Assembly (NCBI GenBank): GCA_964543035.1
Contig: CAZIVL010000001.1
Coordinates: 45,714-109,713, forward strand
DNA: 64,000 nucleotides
Direction: 5' to 3'
Origin: an uncultured Gammaproteobacteria bacterium
GTDB taxonomy: Bacteria; Patescibacteriota; Microgenomatia; CAZETR01; Amesbacteraceae
In this document: positions 49,365 through 59,026 of the stretch, one piece after another
Layout: every line of letters begins with the position of its first letter
Numbering within the stretch: position 1 is the stretch's first letter
Notes under the pieces: model-generated
The model's database searches: none
Told to the model about the DNA's origin: nothing
Seen by the model: only the letters and a program-made list of their open reading frames with translations
Program-made: the position numbers and the translations under genes

Positions 49365-50147
49365 ATGCTAGCCACTTTCAAAGAAACTCTAAAAAGTCTC
49401 CAGGACAAGACATACGGGGGAGAAATAATAAAAAAATCATTAAGCCAAGTCATCTGGTATTGGACCAAGTATCTTTTACTCTTCGCCCTCATCCCTCTTA
49501 TTTTGACCATCGGCAGTCTGACCTACTCAGTACCCCAGTTGCCCAATACTCTAAGAAACCAGCTACCCGAGTTTGTAGGTGGCATCAAAGATCACCAGTT
49601 TTTTACAAAAAATACTGAACCCTTGAGATTTCAGGATCCCAATTTTCTATTTGTTTTAGACCCATCAGCCTCCGAGAGTGCTCTCGCCTCAGTTTCAGCT
49701 GGCGTCGTCATTTCGCAGGATCAGATGTTTTTCAAAGACAATGGGACCACCAGATCCCAGGATTATTCCGACATTCCCGATTTTGAGATTGCAAAAAATC
49801 AATTAGTAGATTGGACCAATTCCAATCAGCTTCTCATCTGGGCAGTTCTCATGGGTATTGTAATCGTCTTAGGTATTATCCTGGTCGTTTTGTACTGGGC
49901 TTATCGTTTTATTACCTTTTGGATTTGGGCAGCAGTAGTTTGGTTACTGGCCCGGATTTTGAAAAAGACTCTCGTCTACACCGACGCTTTCAAACTAGTA
50001 GTTTACGCCTCCGTCTTACCCCTTCTCATCTCAGCCGTTTTGTTTGTCGCCCCGAGTGACGTCATGAGTCTCATTGGCTTTGGAGTGTTTATATTCTTTA
50101 CAGTCAGCTGGATAATTAATTTGAAACAGAGTACTATAAAGTCATGA
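49365..50147 (+). CDS. DUF1189-like membrane protein
   Basis: TM-soluble-TM topology, LP.F.IK and Y..AFKL.VYA..LP motifs. Confidence 0.6.
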   Translation: MLATFKETLKSLQDKTYGGEIIKKSLSQVIWYWTKYLLLFALIPLILTIGSLTYSVPQLPNTLRNQLPEFVGGIKDHQFFTKNTEPLRFQDPNFLFVLDPSASESALASVSAGVVISQDQMFFKDNGTTRSQDYSDIPDFEIAKNQLVDWTNSNQLLIWAVLMGIVIVLGIILVVLYWAYRFITFWIWAAVVWLLARILKKTLVYTDAFKLVVYASVLPLLISAVLFVAPSDVMSLIGFGVFIFFTVSWIINLKQSTIKS

Positions 50148-50845
50148 TGCAGGAAGCTTGGAAGTTATTCAAAGAGTCTCTAAATATTCTTAAGGCTCAC
50201 TGGAAATATGCCCTCAAGACTTATGTTCTCATCAGTCTTCTCATGTTTCTTATTTTAGGAGTAGCCGGTTTAGTATTTGCTCTGTTGTACGCTCTTCTCA
50301 AAAGTTTCGCATTTCTCATCTTTATTGCAGCTCTCATAGGCTTTATAGTCCTGATCTTTTGGTTGGCTCCGGTATATCTATTGATTGCAAAACATTTGAT
50401 CGCCGGTGAAGAAGTAGGTTTGCAGACACTGTTTTCAGAAGCCAAGCCATTTATTGTTCCCCTGGGTTGGACTAGTCTAGTCACAGGAGTAATCACTATG
50501 TTGGGATTCTTCCTGTTTATTATTCCCGGATTGATTCTGGCGGTTTGGTATATGTTTACCCAGTTCATAGTCATCGAACAAAAATTGTCCGGCTTCAAAG
50601 CCATGGGTGCTAGTAAGTCTTTGGTAAAAGGACGTTTTTGGGAGGCAGCCTGGTTTATTTCTTTCGTCTCCCTCTTGTCCATCGTCATCAGTTTTCTAAG
50701 TAACATTGTCGAAGCTTCCCCCGCAGACATTCGATTGGCCGGCTCTCTAGTAGTGGCCGCAATTTCGTTTGTGATTAGCGCCGCCGCTCCCATCTACACA
50801 TATCTCGTTTACCGTCGATTTTCCTCCACTCCCGCAAAATCCTAA
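50144..50845 (+). CDS. Multi-pass membrane protein
   Basis: GFFLFIIPG, A...SK.LVKG.FW pattern. Confidence 0.75.
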   Translation: MMQEAWKLFKESLNILKAHWKYALKTYVLISLLMFLILGVAGLVFALLYALLKSFAFLIFIAALIGFIVLIFWLAPVYLLIAKHLIAGEEVGLQTLFSEAKPFIVPLGWTSLVTGVITMLGFFLFIIPGLILAVWYMFTQFIVIEQKLSGFKAMGASKSLVKGRFWEAAWFISFVSLLSIVISFLSNIVEASPADIRLAGSLVVAAISFVISAAAPIYTYLVYRRFSSTPAKS

Positions 50846-50896
50846 GGCAACACCCTCTTGCAATTCCGTACCTCATCTGCGATATTTGGCCCACGT

Positions 50897-51940
50897 ATGA
50901 CCGCTCAAGCCGATGCAAAAAATCAAGCGATAAAAATCGCTATGCAGCAGATTGAAAAACAGTTTGGTGTAGGTTCCATCATGAAGTTAGGGGAAAAAGC
51001 GGACAAATTTGTAGTGGATGTTATCCCGACAGGTTCTATCGCCCTGGATGTAGCTCTTGGCATCGGCGGCTTTCCCAGAGGTCGCATCGTCGAGATCTAT
51101 GGTCCAGAAGCATCTGGTAAGACGACTCTAGCACTTCATTGTATAGCAGCCGCCCAAGCCTCAGGAGGGACTGCCGCTTTCATCGATGCCGAGCATGCCC
51201 TAGATCCGGCTCGCGCCGAAGCCATTGGTGTAGATCTAGACAATCTCTACATTTCTCAGCCAGACACCGGTGAGCAAGCCCTCGAAATCGTAGAGACTCT
51301 TATCAGATCCGGCGCATTAGATGTCATCGTTATTGATTCGGTAGCAGCCCTAGTCCCGAGGGCTGAGATCGAAGGTGAAATGGGGGATTCTGTCATGGGG
51401 GTTCAGGCCCGCCTCATGTCCCAGGCTTTGCGAAAGATCACCGGAGCCATTTCCAAGAGTAAGACTGTCGTCATCTTCACCAATCAGTTGCGTATGAAGA
51501 TCGGCGTGATGTTTGGCAATCCCGAGACCACGACCGGTGGCATGGCTCTCAAGTTTTATTCTTCTATCAGGCTCGATATCAGAAAGATCGAGACTCTCAA
51601 AGAAGGCGATGTAGCTTATGGCTCCAGACACAGAGTCCGGGTAGTAAAAAACAAGATGGCCCCACCTTTCAGAGTCGCCGAATTAGACATTCTAAATAGC
51701 AAAGGTATTAGTAGAAGCGGCGGCCTCTTGGATGTAGGCCTCGAGCTTGGACTTCTGACCAAAAAGGGTGCCTTTGTCTATCACAACGACACTATTATCG
51801 GCCAGGGTCGGGCAGCCGCTGTCGAATATCTAGATGCCAATCCAAAGATCGCCAAACAGATCGAAGAGGCGATCTGGAAGATCATCAAAGATGGCAAGAA
51901 ACCACTTCCCAAGCAAGTCGGCGAAACAGAAGAAGAGTAA
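50897..51940 (+). CDS. recA: Recombinase A
   Basis: [36 protein letters not shown]. Confidence 0.99.
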   Translation: MTAQADAKNQAIKIAMQQIEKQFGVGSIMKLGEKADKFVVDVIPTGSIALDVALGIGGFPRGRIVEIYGPEASGKTTLALHCIAAAQASGGTAAFIDAEHALDPARAEAIGVDLDNLYISQPDTGEQALEIVETLIRSGALDVIVIDSVAALVPRAEIEGEMGDSVMGVQARLMSQALRKITGAISKSKTVVIFTNQLRMKIGVMFGNPETTTGGMALKFYSSIRLDIRKIETLKEGDVAYGSRHRVRVVKNKMAPPFRVAELDILNSKGISRSGGLLDVGLELGLLTKKGAFVYHNDTIIGQGRAAAVEYLDANPKIAKQIEEAIWKIIKDGKKPLPKQVGETEEE

Positions 51941-51949
51941 AATAAAGTT

Positions 51950-52393
51950 GTGGAAGAGTACAAGAGATTATTTTCCAGTTGTTTAAAACAGTTGGGGATT
52001 AGACCCAGAAGCGAAAAAGAGATCCGTGACTCGTTGTCCAAAAAGAGCTCAGACACCGATTTGATTAATCAGATTGTAGGCAAGCTCAAGTCAGAAAATC
52101 TTATTAATGATTCTGAATTTGCCACCTGGTATGTGGAATCTCGTAGTAGGTCTCGTCCCCGGGGTCTTCGTCTACTTCAATATGAGCTGAGTCAAAAAGG
52201 TGTCTCCGCTGACAACTTACAACTAACAACTGACAACGAAATCGCTTTAGCAAAAAAGGCTCTGGAGAAAAAATTGATTCTATGGTCAAACCTGCCCAAA
52301 CTGGAGTTCAAGATCAAAGCCCAGCGATTTCTCAATAGCCGTGGTTTTGGCTGGAGCGCGATTGAAGAAGCGGTCAAAAAAGCGTATAATTGA
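51950..52393 (+). CDS. recX: Regulatory protein RecX
   Basis: RSEKEIR..L, IND.EFA..YV, EL.QKGV, FL.SRGF; follows recA. Confidence 0.9.
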   Translation: MEEYKRLFSSCLKQLGIRPRSEKEIRDSLSKKSSDTDLINQIVGKLKSENLINDSEFATWYVESRSRSRPRGLRLLQYELSQKGVSADNLQLTTDNEIALAKKALEKKLILWSNLPKLEFKIKAQRFLNSRGFGWSAIEEAVKKAYN

Positions 52394-52424
52394 TACATGT
52401 TAGTTCGCACACATACTTCATTTT

Positions 52425-53561
52425 ATGGCCGCAAACACACCATCGGACGAGGATAAGAAACAGCTTCTATCTCAGTGGGAAAAGTATCTCTCAGACGATA
52501 TTGCCAAGCTCATTGATCAGGCCCGAGTGGATTACACGGCCAGGGCTTCCGAGCTCGCCCAAGAGATCATAGTCGAGGCCATGCTTCATGGCGCCACCGA
52601 TTACACCGCCGAATACACAGTTTCTGTAGTCCAGCTTCCCAATGATTCTGTAAAAGGCGGCATCATCGGCAAAGGCGGGGCAAATATCGCCGCTTTCGAG
52701 AGAGCCACCGGTGTTGAGATCGAGATCGAAGAAGGCAATTCTATTAGGCTTTCTTGTTTCGATTCTACCCGCCGTGAGATTGCCAGACGAGCCCTGGAAT
52801 TTCTTATCAAAGACGGTCGTATTCAGCCCAGTCGTATTGAGGAAGTCGTCGCCCAGACCCGAAAGCAGATGGACACCATTTTGATGGACGAAGGTCGCAA
52901 GATCTGTGCCGCTTGTGGCGTCTACAATCTCGATCCCGAGCTGGTAAAGATCATTGGCAAGTATCGCTTCCGATTCTCATATGGCCAAAACCTAGGCATC
53001 CATACTATTGAGGAGACCAAGATTGGAGTTCAGATTGCCCATGACTTGGGACTTTCCGAGGAAGATATTCTCCACGTCCGCTTGGGATGTCTTCTGCATG
53101 ATGTAGGCAAGGTAGTCACCGACGAAGAGGGTACTCATGTTCAGCTAGGTGTCCAGCTCTTAAAAAAATATGGTCTCCACGATCTCGTCGTCAATGCTGT
53201 CGCCGAGCATCACGAGGACAAGCCATTTTCATCTACTATCTCCAGAGTCGTCTGGGTCTCAGATGCTATTTCCGGTTCCAGACCAGGTGCTCGCTATGAA
53301 CCCCACGAAGCATACGTCAAGCGTTTGACCCAGATCGAAGACATTGGCAAGTCGTTTCCCGAAGTCCTTGAGGTTTTTGCTTTCCAATCCGGCCGTGATG
53401 TGCGTATTCTAGTTCGCCCAGACATGGTTTCCGATTCGGAGTTGACGGTCTTGGTTTCCAAGATGAAGCAGAGGCTCGAGAAAGAAGTCCAGTACGTAGG
53501 TCAAATAAAAATCAGTGCTATTCGCGAAGTCAGAGCTACAGATATCACAAAAGCCAGGTAA
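52425..53561 (+). CDS. rny: Ribonuclease Y (KH + HD; no N-terminal TM)
   Basis: KGGIIGKGGANI, DGRIQP.RIE, SYGQN, LLHDVGK, SGSRPGAR. Confidence 0.93.
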   Translation: MAANTPSDEDKKQLLSQWEKYLSDDIAKLIDQARVDYTARASELAQEIIVEAMLHGATDYTAEYTVSVVQLPNDSVKGGIIGKGGANIAAFERATGVEIEIEEGNSIRLSCFDSTRREIARRALEFLIKDGRIQPSRIEEVVAQTRKQMDTILMDEGRKICAACGVYNLDPELVKIIGKYRFRFSYGQNLGIHTIEETKIGVQIAHDLGLSEEDILHVRLGCLLHDVGKVVTDEEGTHVQLGVQLLKKYGLHDLVVNAVAEHHEDKPFSSTISRVVWVSDAISGSRPGARYEPHEAYVKRLTQIEDIGKSFPEVLEVFAFQSGRDVRILVRPDMVSDSELTVLVSKMKQRLEKEVQYVGQIKISAIREVRATDITKAR

Positions 53562-53567
53562 CATCAT

Positions 53568-53641
53568 TGTCATCCTGAGTCGCAGCGAAGGATCCAGTCT
53601 TCTCTCCATAATTCATAATTCCAGATTCATAATTCAAATTT
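53568..53641 (+). repeat. REP-like copy followed by heptamer repeat (CATAATT-like)
   Basis: TGTCATCCTGAGTCGCAGCGAAGGATCCAGT; CATAATT CATAATT CCAGATT CATAATT CAAATTT. Confidence 0.85.
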
Positions 53642-53665
53642 AATCCCATATATCCATTTTTTCTC

Positions 53666-53734
53666 TTGACATCACTTCGGCTTTAATGTAACTTCACCAA
53701 CAGAAATGATATACAGATTTTTGAGAGGGGGTGA
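53666..53734 (+). promoter_or_regulatory. hup promoter and strong Shine-Dalgarno
   Basis: TTGACA-N17-TAACTT; GAGGGGGTGA 6 nt before the GTG start. Confidence 0.6.
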
Positions 53735-53740
53735 GCGTAA

Positions 53741-54013
53741 GTGACAAAACAACAAATGTTTGAGGTCGTCGCCCGCAAAGCTCACCTGACAAAAAAAGGT
53801 GCTCGTGAGGCAGTCGAGACTTTTTTGGAAGAAGTAAAAAAAGCTTTGAGCAAAGGTGAAAAAGTAGTTCTCTCAGGCTTTGGTACCTTTCAGGTAAAAA
53901 CGGTCAAAGACAAACCAGTGATAGTTCCTTTTACAAAAGAGCGAAAGATCGTAAAAGGTCACCGCAAAGCGACCTTTACCGCCGGCAAGACTCTGAAAAA
54001 GGCCGTCAAGTAA
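53741..54013 (+). CDS. hup: HU family DNA-binding protein
   Basis: L.KGEKVVLSGFGTF, F.AGKTLK. Confidence 0.93.
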   Translation: MTKQQMFEVVARKAHLTKKGAREAVETFLEEVKKALSKGEKVVLSGFGTFQVKTVKDKPVIVPFTKERKIVKGHRKATFTAGKTLKKAVK

Positions 54014-54017
54014 AAGT

Positions 54018-54051
54018 TGTCATCCTGAGCCGCCGCGAAGGATCCAGGCTC
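54018..54051 (+). repeat. REP-like copy
   Basis: TGTCATCCTGAGCCGCCGCGAAGGATCCAGGCTCA. Confidence 0.88.
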
Positions 54052-54126
54052 AGGCAATAAATATCAGATACACATTGCCAAGAGATAATGGCATTGTAGA
54101 ATAAGCAAGTTCCCACGAAAGAATAT

Positions 54127-54152
54127 AAAAACGAGGCGCAAGCCTCGTTTTT
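54127..54152. terminator. Bidirectional intrinsic terminator
   Basis: A-tract, CGAGGC-GCAA-GCCTCG, T-tract. Confidence 0.85.
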
Positions 54153-54178
54153 GGTCCCAGATAGAATAAAATAGATCC

Positions 54179-54970
54179 ATGCGCTTATTCCTCACTTTTT
54201 GCCACGCCACTTTTCAAGACGCTTCAGCATACCGTCTAGAAAGTTTGTTGTGGTTTGTCATTGAGTCCATTCCCATCCTTATCATGACTAGCTTGTGGAA
54301 GAGTCTGGAGATCTCAGGCCACATTTCCCCCGCTCAAGCCGGAAATCTCATTCTCTACTACGTCTTGTCGCTTTTGATAGCCAGACTCGCTTCAACTCAT
54401 TTTGAAGAATGGTTTTCTCTGGAGATCAAAGATGGCAAGATCAATTCAAGGTTGGTAAAGCCTTTCGCTTTCAAGACTTATCTACTAGCCGATTCCACAA
54501 TCTATCGATTAATGGGGACTTTCTACACTCTGCCTATATTTGTCCTCTTGGCTCCCTTGTATCTCCCCGCATTGACAGAAAATTTTTCGCCTGTAAAAAC
54601 ATTTTTATTTTTCTTTTTGATACTAGTATCTTTTTTCCAGAAATTTTTTATCAGCTGGCTCATTGGAATTTCGGCCTTTTGGTTTGACCAGACATATTTT
54701 TTGACCCATCTCAAATGGTTGTTAGAGGGTCTCATGGGAGGCGGATGGCTACCTATGACCTTTTTCCCTCTCTGGTGGCAGACAGTTTCCAGATTTACCC
54801 CTTTTTATTACTGGTATTTTTTCCCCATCCAAGTCTACATTACCCCCATGCCCAATTCAGAAATTATTGAAGGGATATTTATCAGTCTTGTGTGGCTTAC
54901 GATATTGATTTGGTTTGGCAGAGTTATTTGGCAGTCTGGTCTCAAGCGCCATTCCGCAGTCAGTGGTTAG
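54179..54970 (+). CDS. ABC-2 family permease (type A)
   Basis: AYR, EIKDG.I...LVKP, GG.LP..FFP, PF.Y..FFP. Confidence 0.88.
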   Translation: MRLFLTFCHATFQDASAYRLESLLWFVIESIPILIMTSLWKSLEISGHISPAQAGNLILYYVLSLLIARLASTHFEEWFSLEIKDGKINSRLVKPFAFKTYLLADSTIYRLMGTFYTLPIFVLLAPLYLPALTENFSPVKTFLFFFLILVSFFQKFFISWLIGISAFWFDQTYFLTHLKWLLEGLMGGGWLPMTFFPLWWQTVSRFTPFYYWYFFPIQVYITPMPNSEIIEGIFISLVWLTILIWFGRVIWQSGLKRHSAVSG

Positions 54971-54973
54971 TAT

Positions 54974-55771
54974 ATGAATTTGACTCGATATCCAAAAATA
55001 TTATTCTTCTTTATTCGTCAGTCTTGGATGGCTGCGGCCGAATATCGAATAAACTACATCATTTGGTTGGTCATAGATATCGCATGGACACTCATGGATC
55101 TGATCATTACGACGGCTTTGCTAGGAACAACACAAGTCGTTGGTACCTGGGATCTTCCCAGAGCACTTATCGCCATAGGTGTATTTCGAATTATGGTTCT
55201 TCCTATTTGGAGTTGGTTTTTCCCGGCCTTTTCAGAGCTTCCCAGATTAGTTAGCGAAGGCAGGCTAGACCTGTTACTCAGTAAGCCCATCAATTCTCAG
55301 TTTCTAGCCTCTATTCAGAAGTTTAGTTTCAACCAATGGCCGTCAGTCTTGATTGGCATTGCCTACATTTATCACGGGGCCCAAACCGGGGGAATAGCTA
55401 TCACTTTGTCCCAGATATTCTTATTTATTTTGCTCATGATCATATCCTCGATTCTGGTTTATGGGGTTTATTTTTCCACCATGACATTGGTGTTATATGT
55501 TCAGAGACTGAACAATATTCCCTATCTTTTTACCGAGAGTTATTATGCTGCCGGCCGCTATCCGCCCCAGATCTACGGAGACCTATTACGTCGCGCGTTA
55601 GTCAGCGTTTTCCCACTGGCTCTCATTACGACTATTCCCGCCGAAAGTCTCTTCTTTCCCATAAACATTTCCCAGATCATGTATTTCAACTTACTGGCCG
55701 TAGTCTTTCTCCTAGTCAGCAGTTTCCTCTGGCACAACGGCCTCCGCCACTACTCTTCTGCCTCTTCATAG
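54974..55771 (+). CDS. ABC-2 family permease (type B)
   Basis: EYR.N, G.LD.LL.KP, YP..IY, RHYSSASS. Confidence 0.88.
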   Translation: MNLTRYPKILFFFIRQSWMAAAEYRINYIIWLVIDIAWTLMDLIITTALLGTTQVVGTWDLPRALIAIGVFRIMVLPIWSWFFPAFSELPRLVSEGRLDLLLSKPINSQFLASIQKFSFNQWPSVLIGIAYIYHGAQTGGIAITLSQIFLFILLMIISSILVYGVYFSTMTLVLYVQRLNNIPYLFTESYYAAGRYPPQIYGDLLRRALVSVFPLALITTIPAESLFFPINISQIMYFNLLAVVFLLVSSFLWHNGLRHYSSASS

Positions 55772-55783
55772 TAATATTAGAGG

Positions 55784-56581
55784 ATGAAAAGTTTGCGTAT
55801 TCTTGTGGTCCTCATCAAAGCCAATTGGCAGAGCTATCTCCAGTATCGCCTCCATTCACTTCTGTGGGTCATAAACGGATCCATTGGCCCATTTTTGGCC
55901 ATGGCTATCTGGATACTTATTTCGACCAGTAGAGACGTAGGTTTGAATTCCACTCAGATCGGCACCTACTTTTTCATGAGCTTGTTAGTCTCCCGACTTA
56001 CCCAAGTCTGGACTTTGGACAAAGTTGGGCATTGGATCAAGGATGGTCATATCTCAAATGTATTGGTCAAGCCTCATAGCTATGTATTAGAAAATCTAGC
56101 CGAGCAGTTTGGTCAAAAATCGTCTCGTCTATCCATGATATTTATTTTCATGCTCGCCGCCTGGCCGCTACTATCCAGACACGTCAGTTTGAGTTTTGAC
56201 GCGGGTAGGCTTTGGTTGTCTGTCCTCGCCGTCATTCTGGGTTTTATCCTATTGTTTTCATTTGAACATGTCTTGGCCTTGCTCGCCTTCTGGACCGACG
56301 AGATAACAGGGGTTGCCAGAGTCCACGACACTCTCCAGGGATTATTTAGTGGGTATCTGGTCCCCATCGCTTTTATGCCGGCAGTTCTAAAAAGCATCAT
56401 GACCTATTACCCAGCCAGATTTGTATTGTCTTTCCCTTTGGAGATTCTGATCATCGAGATTCCATATCCCGAGATCATAAAGGGGTTTCTCATCTGTGTA
56501 TCCTGGATAGTAGGACTCGTAATTACATATAGGTTGGTGTTCAAAATCGCTGTTAAAAAATATAGTTCCGTCGGCACATAA
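55784..56581 (+). CDS. ABC-2 family permease (type A)
   Basis: QYR, IKDG.IS..LVKP, SG.LVP..FMP. Confidence 0.88.
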   Translation: MKSLRILVVLIKANWQSYLQYRLHSLLWVINGSIGPFLAMAIWILISTSRDVGLNSTQIGTYFFMSLLVSRLTQVWTLDKVGHWIKDGHISNVLVKPHSYVLENLAEQFGQKSSRLSMIFIFMLAAWPLLSRHVSLSFDAGRLWLSVLAVILGFILLFSFEHVLALLAFWTDEITGVARVHDTLQGLFSGYLVPIAFMPAVLKSIMTYYPARFVLSFPLEILIIEIPYPEIIKGFLICVSWIVGLVITYRLVFKIAVKKYSSVGT

Positions 56582-56583
56582 CC

Positions 56584-57369
56584 ATGACTGCAAAAAGAGT
56601 GATCAAATTGCTGTTTGTATATTCCAGGATTAGTCAGATGACGGCCTGGCAGCATCGTTTTGGTTATTTTTTCCGTCTATTCAGAGTCGTCCTCGATCTG
56701 GGTATTTCGCTCATTTTTATAAACATTATTTTCCTAAAGACTCCCATGCTTGGCACTTGGTCCCAGCCCGAGGCCTTTCTGATCTACGCGCTTTATCAGA
56801 TCGTCGATTGCATATATGTATTTTTCTGCGGAGACAGCTTCCGAAATATGGGGATAGATATCAGGAGAGGCAATCTCGATGGATTTTTTACAAAGCCTGT
56901 CGACAGCCAGTTCATTGTCAGTTTCCGGACTATCTTTCCCTCAAGTATTTATAGAGTGATGTTGGCATTTGGTATCTTGTACTACGCCCTCGCAAAGCTG
57001 GCAGTGAATCCAGATATAAATAGCATCATCTGGTTCATCGTTAGCATGATCTCTGCCGTTCTTATCCACTATGCTCTAGTGTTCATGGCCGCGACCACAG
57101 CTTTCTGGTCCAGTGGGGGAGAAGCAGCAGAGATTATGAATACCGTCTTTTCCATTAGTAAATATCCCCTCGATGTCTTCAAGCGCCACACTATACTATT
57201 GCTCACCGTAATTCCTCTAATATTTATTACAACTGTTCCCGCAAAAGTTTTGTTAGACAAGCCAGGTCAGCTCCACTATTTCGCACCCTTCCTCGCAATT
57301 ATTTTATTGATTCTCTCGCGCAAGTTCTGGCACCACGCCCTCCGCCATTATTCTTCCGCCTCGTCTTAA
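56584..57369 (+). CDS. ABC-2 family permease (type B)
   Basis: G.LD..FTKPV, YP.DVF, RHYSSASS. Confidence 0.88.
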   Translation: MTAKRVIKLLFVYSRISQMTAWQHRFGYFFRLFRVVLDLGISLIFINIIFLKTPMLGTWSQPEAFLIYALYQIVDCIYVFFCGDSFRNMGIDIRRGNLDGFFTKPVDSQFIVSFRTIFPSSIYRVMLAFGILYYALAKLAVNPDINSIIWFIVSMISAVLIHYALVFMAATTAFWSSGGEAAEIMNTVFSISKYPLDVFKRHTILLLTVIPLIFITTVPAKVLLDKPGQLHYFAPFLAIILLILSRKFWHHALRHYSSASS

Positions 57370-57623
57370 TAGACATCATCGTGGGATCCCACATCAATTA
57401 GTATCACTTCATTCTCAGAAGCAAAAACAAAAATTACCCGTTTCTTATATGATATCGAAAAAGAAAATTGCCCCCTTAGTTTGCCAGTCAAAGCATGGGT
57501 TTTTAGTTTAGGATTGTATACGTCTTTAGATAACCAGCCCACTCTCTCGTCCAAGTTCTTTCTTTCCTCGTTCGATAATTTCCTCGCACTTTTTTTAAAA
57601 TGCGAAGAGACGCCAATCTTCAT
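57366..57623 (-). CDS. RelE/YafQ-like mRNA interferase toxin
   Basis: F.K...KL, P.LKTHAL.G.L.G..SFSI....RVIF, DVGSHD.VY. Confidence 0.9.
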   Translation of the reverse strand: MKIGVSSHFKKSARKLSNEERKNLDERVGWLSKDVYNPKLKTHALTGKLRGQFSFSISYKKRVIFVFASENEVILIDVGSHDDVY

Positions 57624-57629
57624 ATTTGG

Positions 57630-57914
57630 TTACTTCAATAGATCAGAAACTTTCTGGCCAGGCTTTAGCCAGGTAGTTTTACCCTTTTTGTATTCAGATA
57701 TAGCCTCGTCGCGAACTCTGAGAAGATAATCCTCTTCTAAATGTTTCAACCTTTCAGCCTGAGCATTGTATGCACTAGGAGACATCAGAACCACATCGGG
57801 TACACCATTACTGACCACAACCATAGGTTCAGAAGTAGCTCTGACTTTATCAGCAAGCGTTCTATACTTCCTTTGCAGATCGGCTACAGTTGTAATCATG
57901 GGTATCAAGTTCAT
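57630..57914 (-). CDS. Phd/YefM antitoxin
   Basis: TVADLQ, EP.VVV.NG.P.VVLMS..Y. Confidence 0.88.
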   Translation of the reverse strand: MNLIPMITTVADLQRKYRTLADKVRATSEPMVVVSNGVPDVVLMSPSAYNAQAERLKHLEEDYLLRVRDEAISEYKKGKTTWLKPGQKVSDLLK

Positions 57915-58000
57915 ATAATTATCATATTACTATATATATGACCAATCGTCAATATTTGCCTAGTTGATAAACTAACAGTTTGAAGTGATAATCAATCTAC

Positions 58001-58984
58001 ATGCCAGTCATTGAAGTCAAAGGTCTCCAAAAGCACTTCCAGGTTCATCAAAAAGAGCCCGGTTTGGCCGGCTCCTTTAAGTCTCTGTTTCACAGAAAGT
58101 ACAATCTCGTAAAGGCCGTAGACAATGTGTCTTTTGAGATCGGCGAGGGCGAGCTAGTAGGCTTCATAGGTCCAAATGGCGCCGGCAAGACCACGACTTT
58201 GAAGACCTTATCCGGTCTTCTATACCCCAGTGCTGGTCACGTCTCAGTCTTGGGCTACACACCCTGGGACCGAAAGCCCGCATTTCAAAAGCAGTTTTCT
58301 CTGGTCATGGGCCAAAAAAATCAGCTCTGGTGGGATCTGCCAGCTATTGAGTCGTTTATCCTAAACAAAGAAATATACGAAGTCCCAGACGCTCAGTACA
58401 AAAAGACCCTAGACGAGTTAGTGGAGCTTTTGGATGTCAAAGATATTTTAAAGGTCCAGGTACGCAAATTGTCTTTGGGCCAAAGGATGAAAATGGAGCT
58501 CATAGCCGCCCTCATTCATTCTCCCAAGATTCTCTTTTTAGACGAGCCCACCATCGGTCTAGACGTAGTCATGCAAAAAAAGATGCGTGATTTCATAAAA
58601 GCATATAACCAAAAGTTCAACGCCACTATCATCCTGACTAGTCACTACATGGACGATGTCAAAGAATTATGTGAGCGCGTCATCATCATCGATCACGGTC
58701 GCATTCTCTTCGATGGCAAGCTGGCAGACATTATCAAGAAGTTTGCCGATCACAAGCTGATTACGGTTGTGTTCAGTAAAGCCGTAGACGAAAAAGTTTT
58801 GGCAAAGATGGGAACCGTCAAAGAGTTTGAGGCTCCCCGGGCTGTCATTTCTGTAAAAAGAGACAAAGCCACCAAGATTGCCGCCAAGCTTTTGGAGGAT
58901 CTTCCCGTGGAGGATCTCAACATCGAAGAACCCAAGATCGAAGACATCATCCGTGAAGTCTTCACCGGCAAGGATTTTGCCTAA
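58001..58984 (+). CDS. ABC transporter ATP-binding protein
   Basis: GPNGAGKTT, LSLGQRMK, FLDEPTIGLD, TSHYM. Confidence 0.97.
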   Translation: MPVIEVKGLQKHFQVHQKEPGLAGSFKSLFHRKYNLVKAVDNVSFEIGEGELVGFIGPNGAGKTTTLKTLSGLLYPSAGHVSVLGYTPWDRKPAFQKQFSLVMGQKNQLWWDLPAIESFILNKEIYEVPDAQYKKTLDELVELLDVKDILKVQVRKLSLGQRMKMELIAALIHSPKILFLDEPTIGLDVVMQKKMRDFIKAYNQKFNATIILTSHYMDDVKELCERVIIIDHGRILFDGKLADIIKKFADHKLITVVFSKAVDEKVLAKMGTVKEFEAPRAVISVKRDKATKIAAKLLEDLPVEDLNIEEPKIEDIIREVFTGKDFA

Positions 58985-58990
58985 CAGTTG

Positions 58991-59025
58991 TGTCATCCTG
59001 AGCCTCAGCGAAGGATCCAGGCTCA
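58991..59025 (+). repeat. REP-like copy
   Basis: TGTCATCCTGAGCCTCAGCGAAGGATCCAGGCTCA. Confidence 0.88.
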
Positions 59026-59026
59026 T

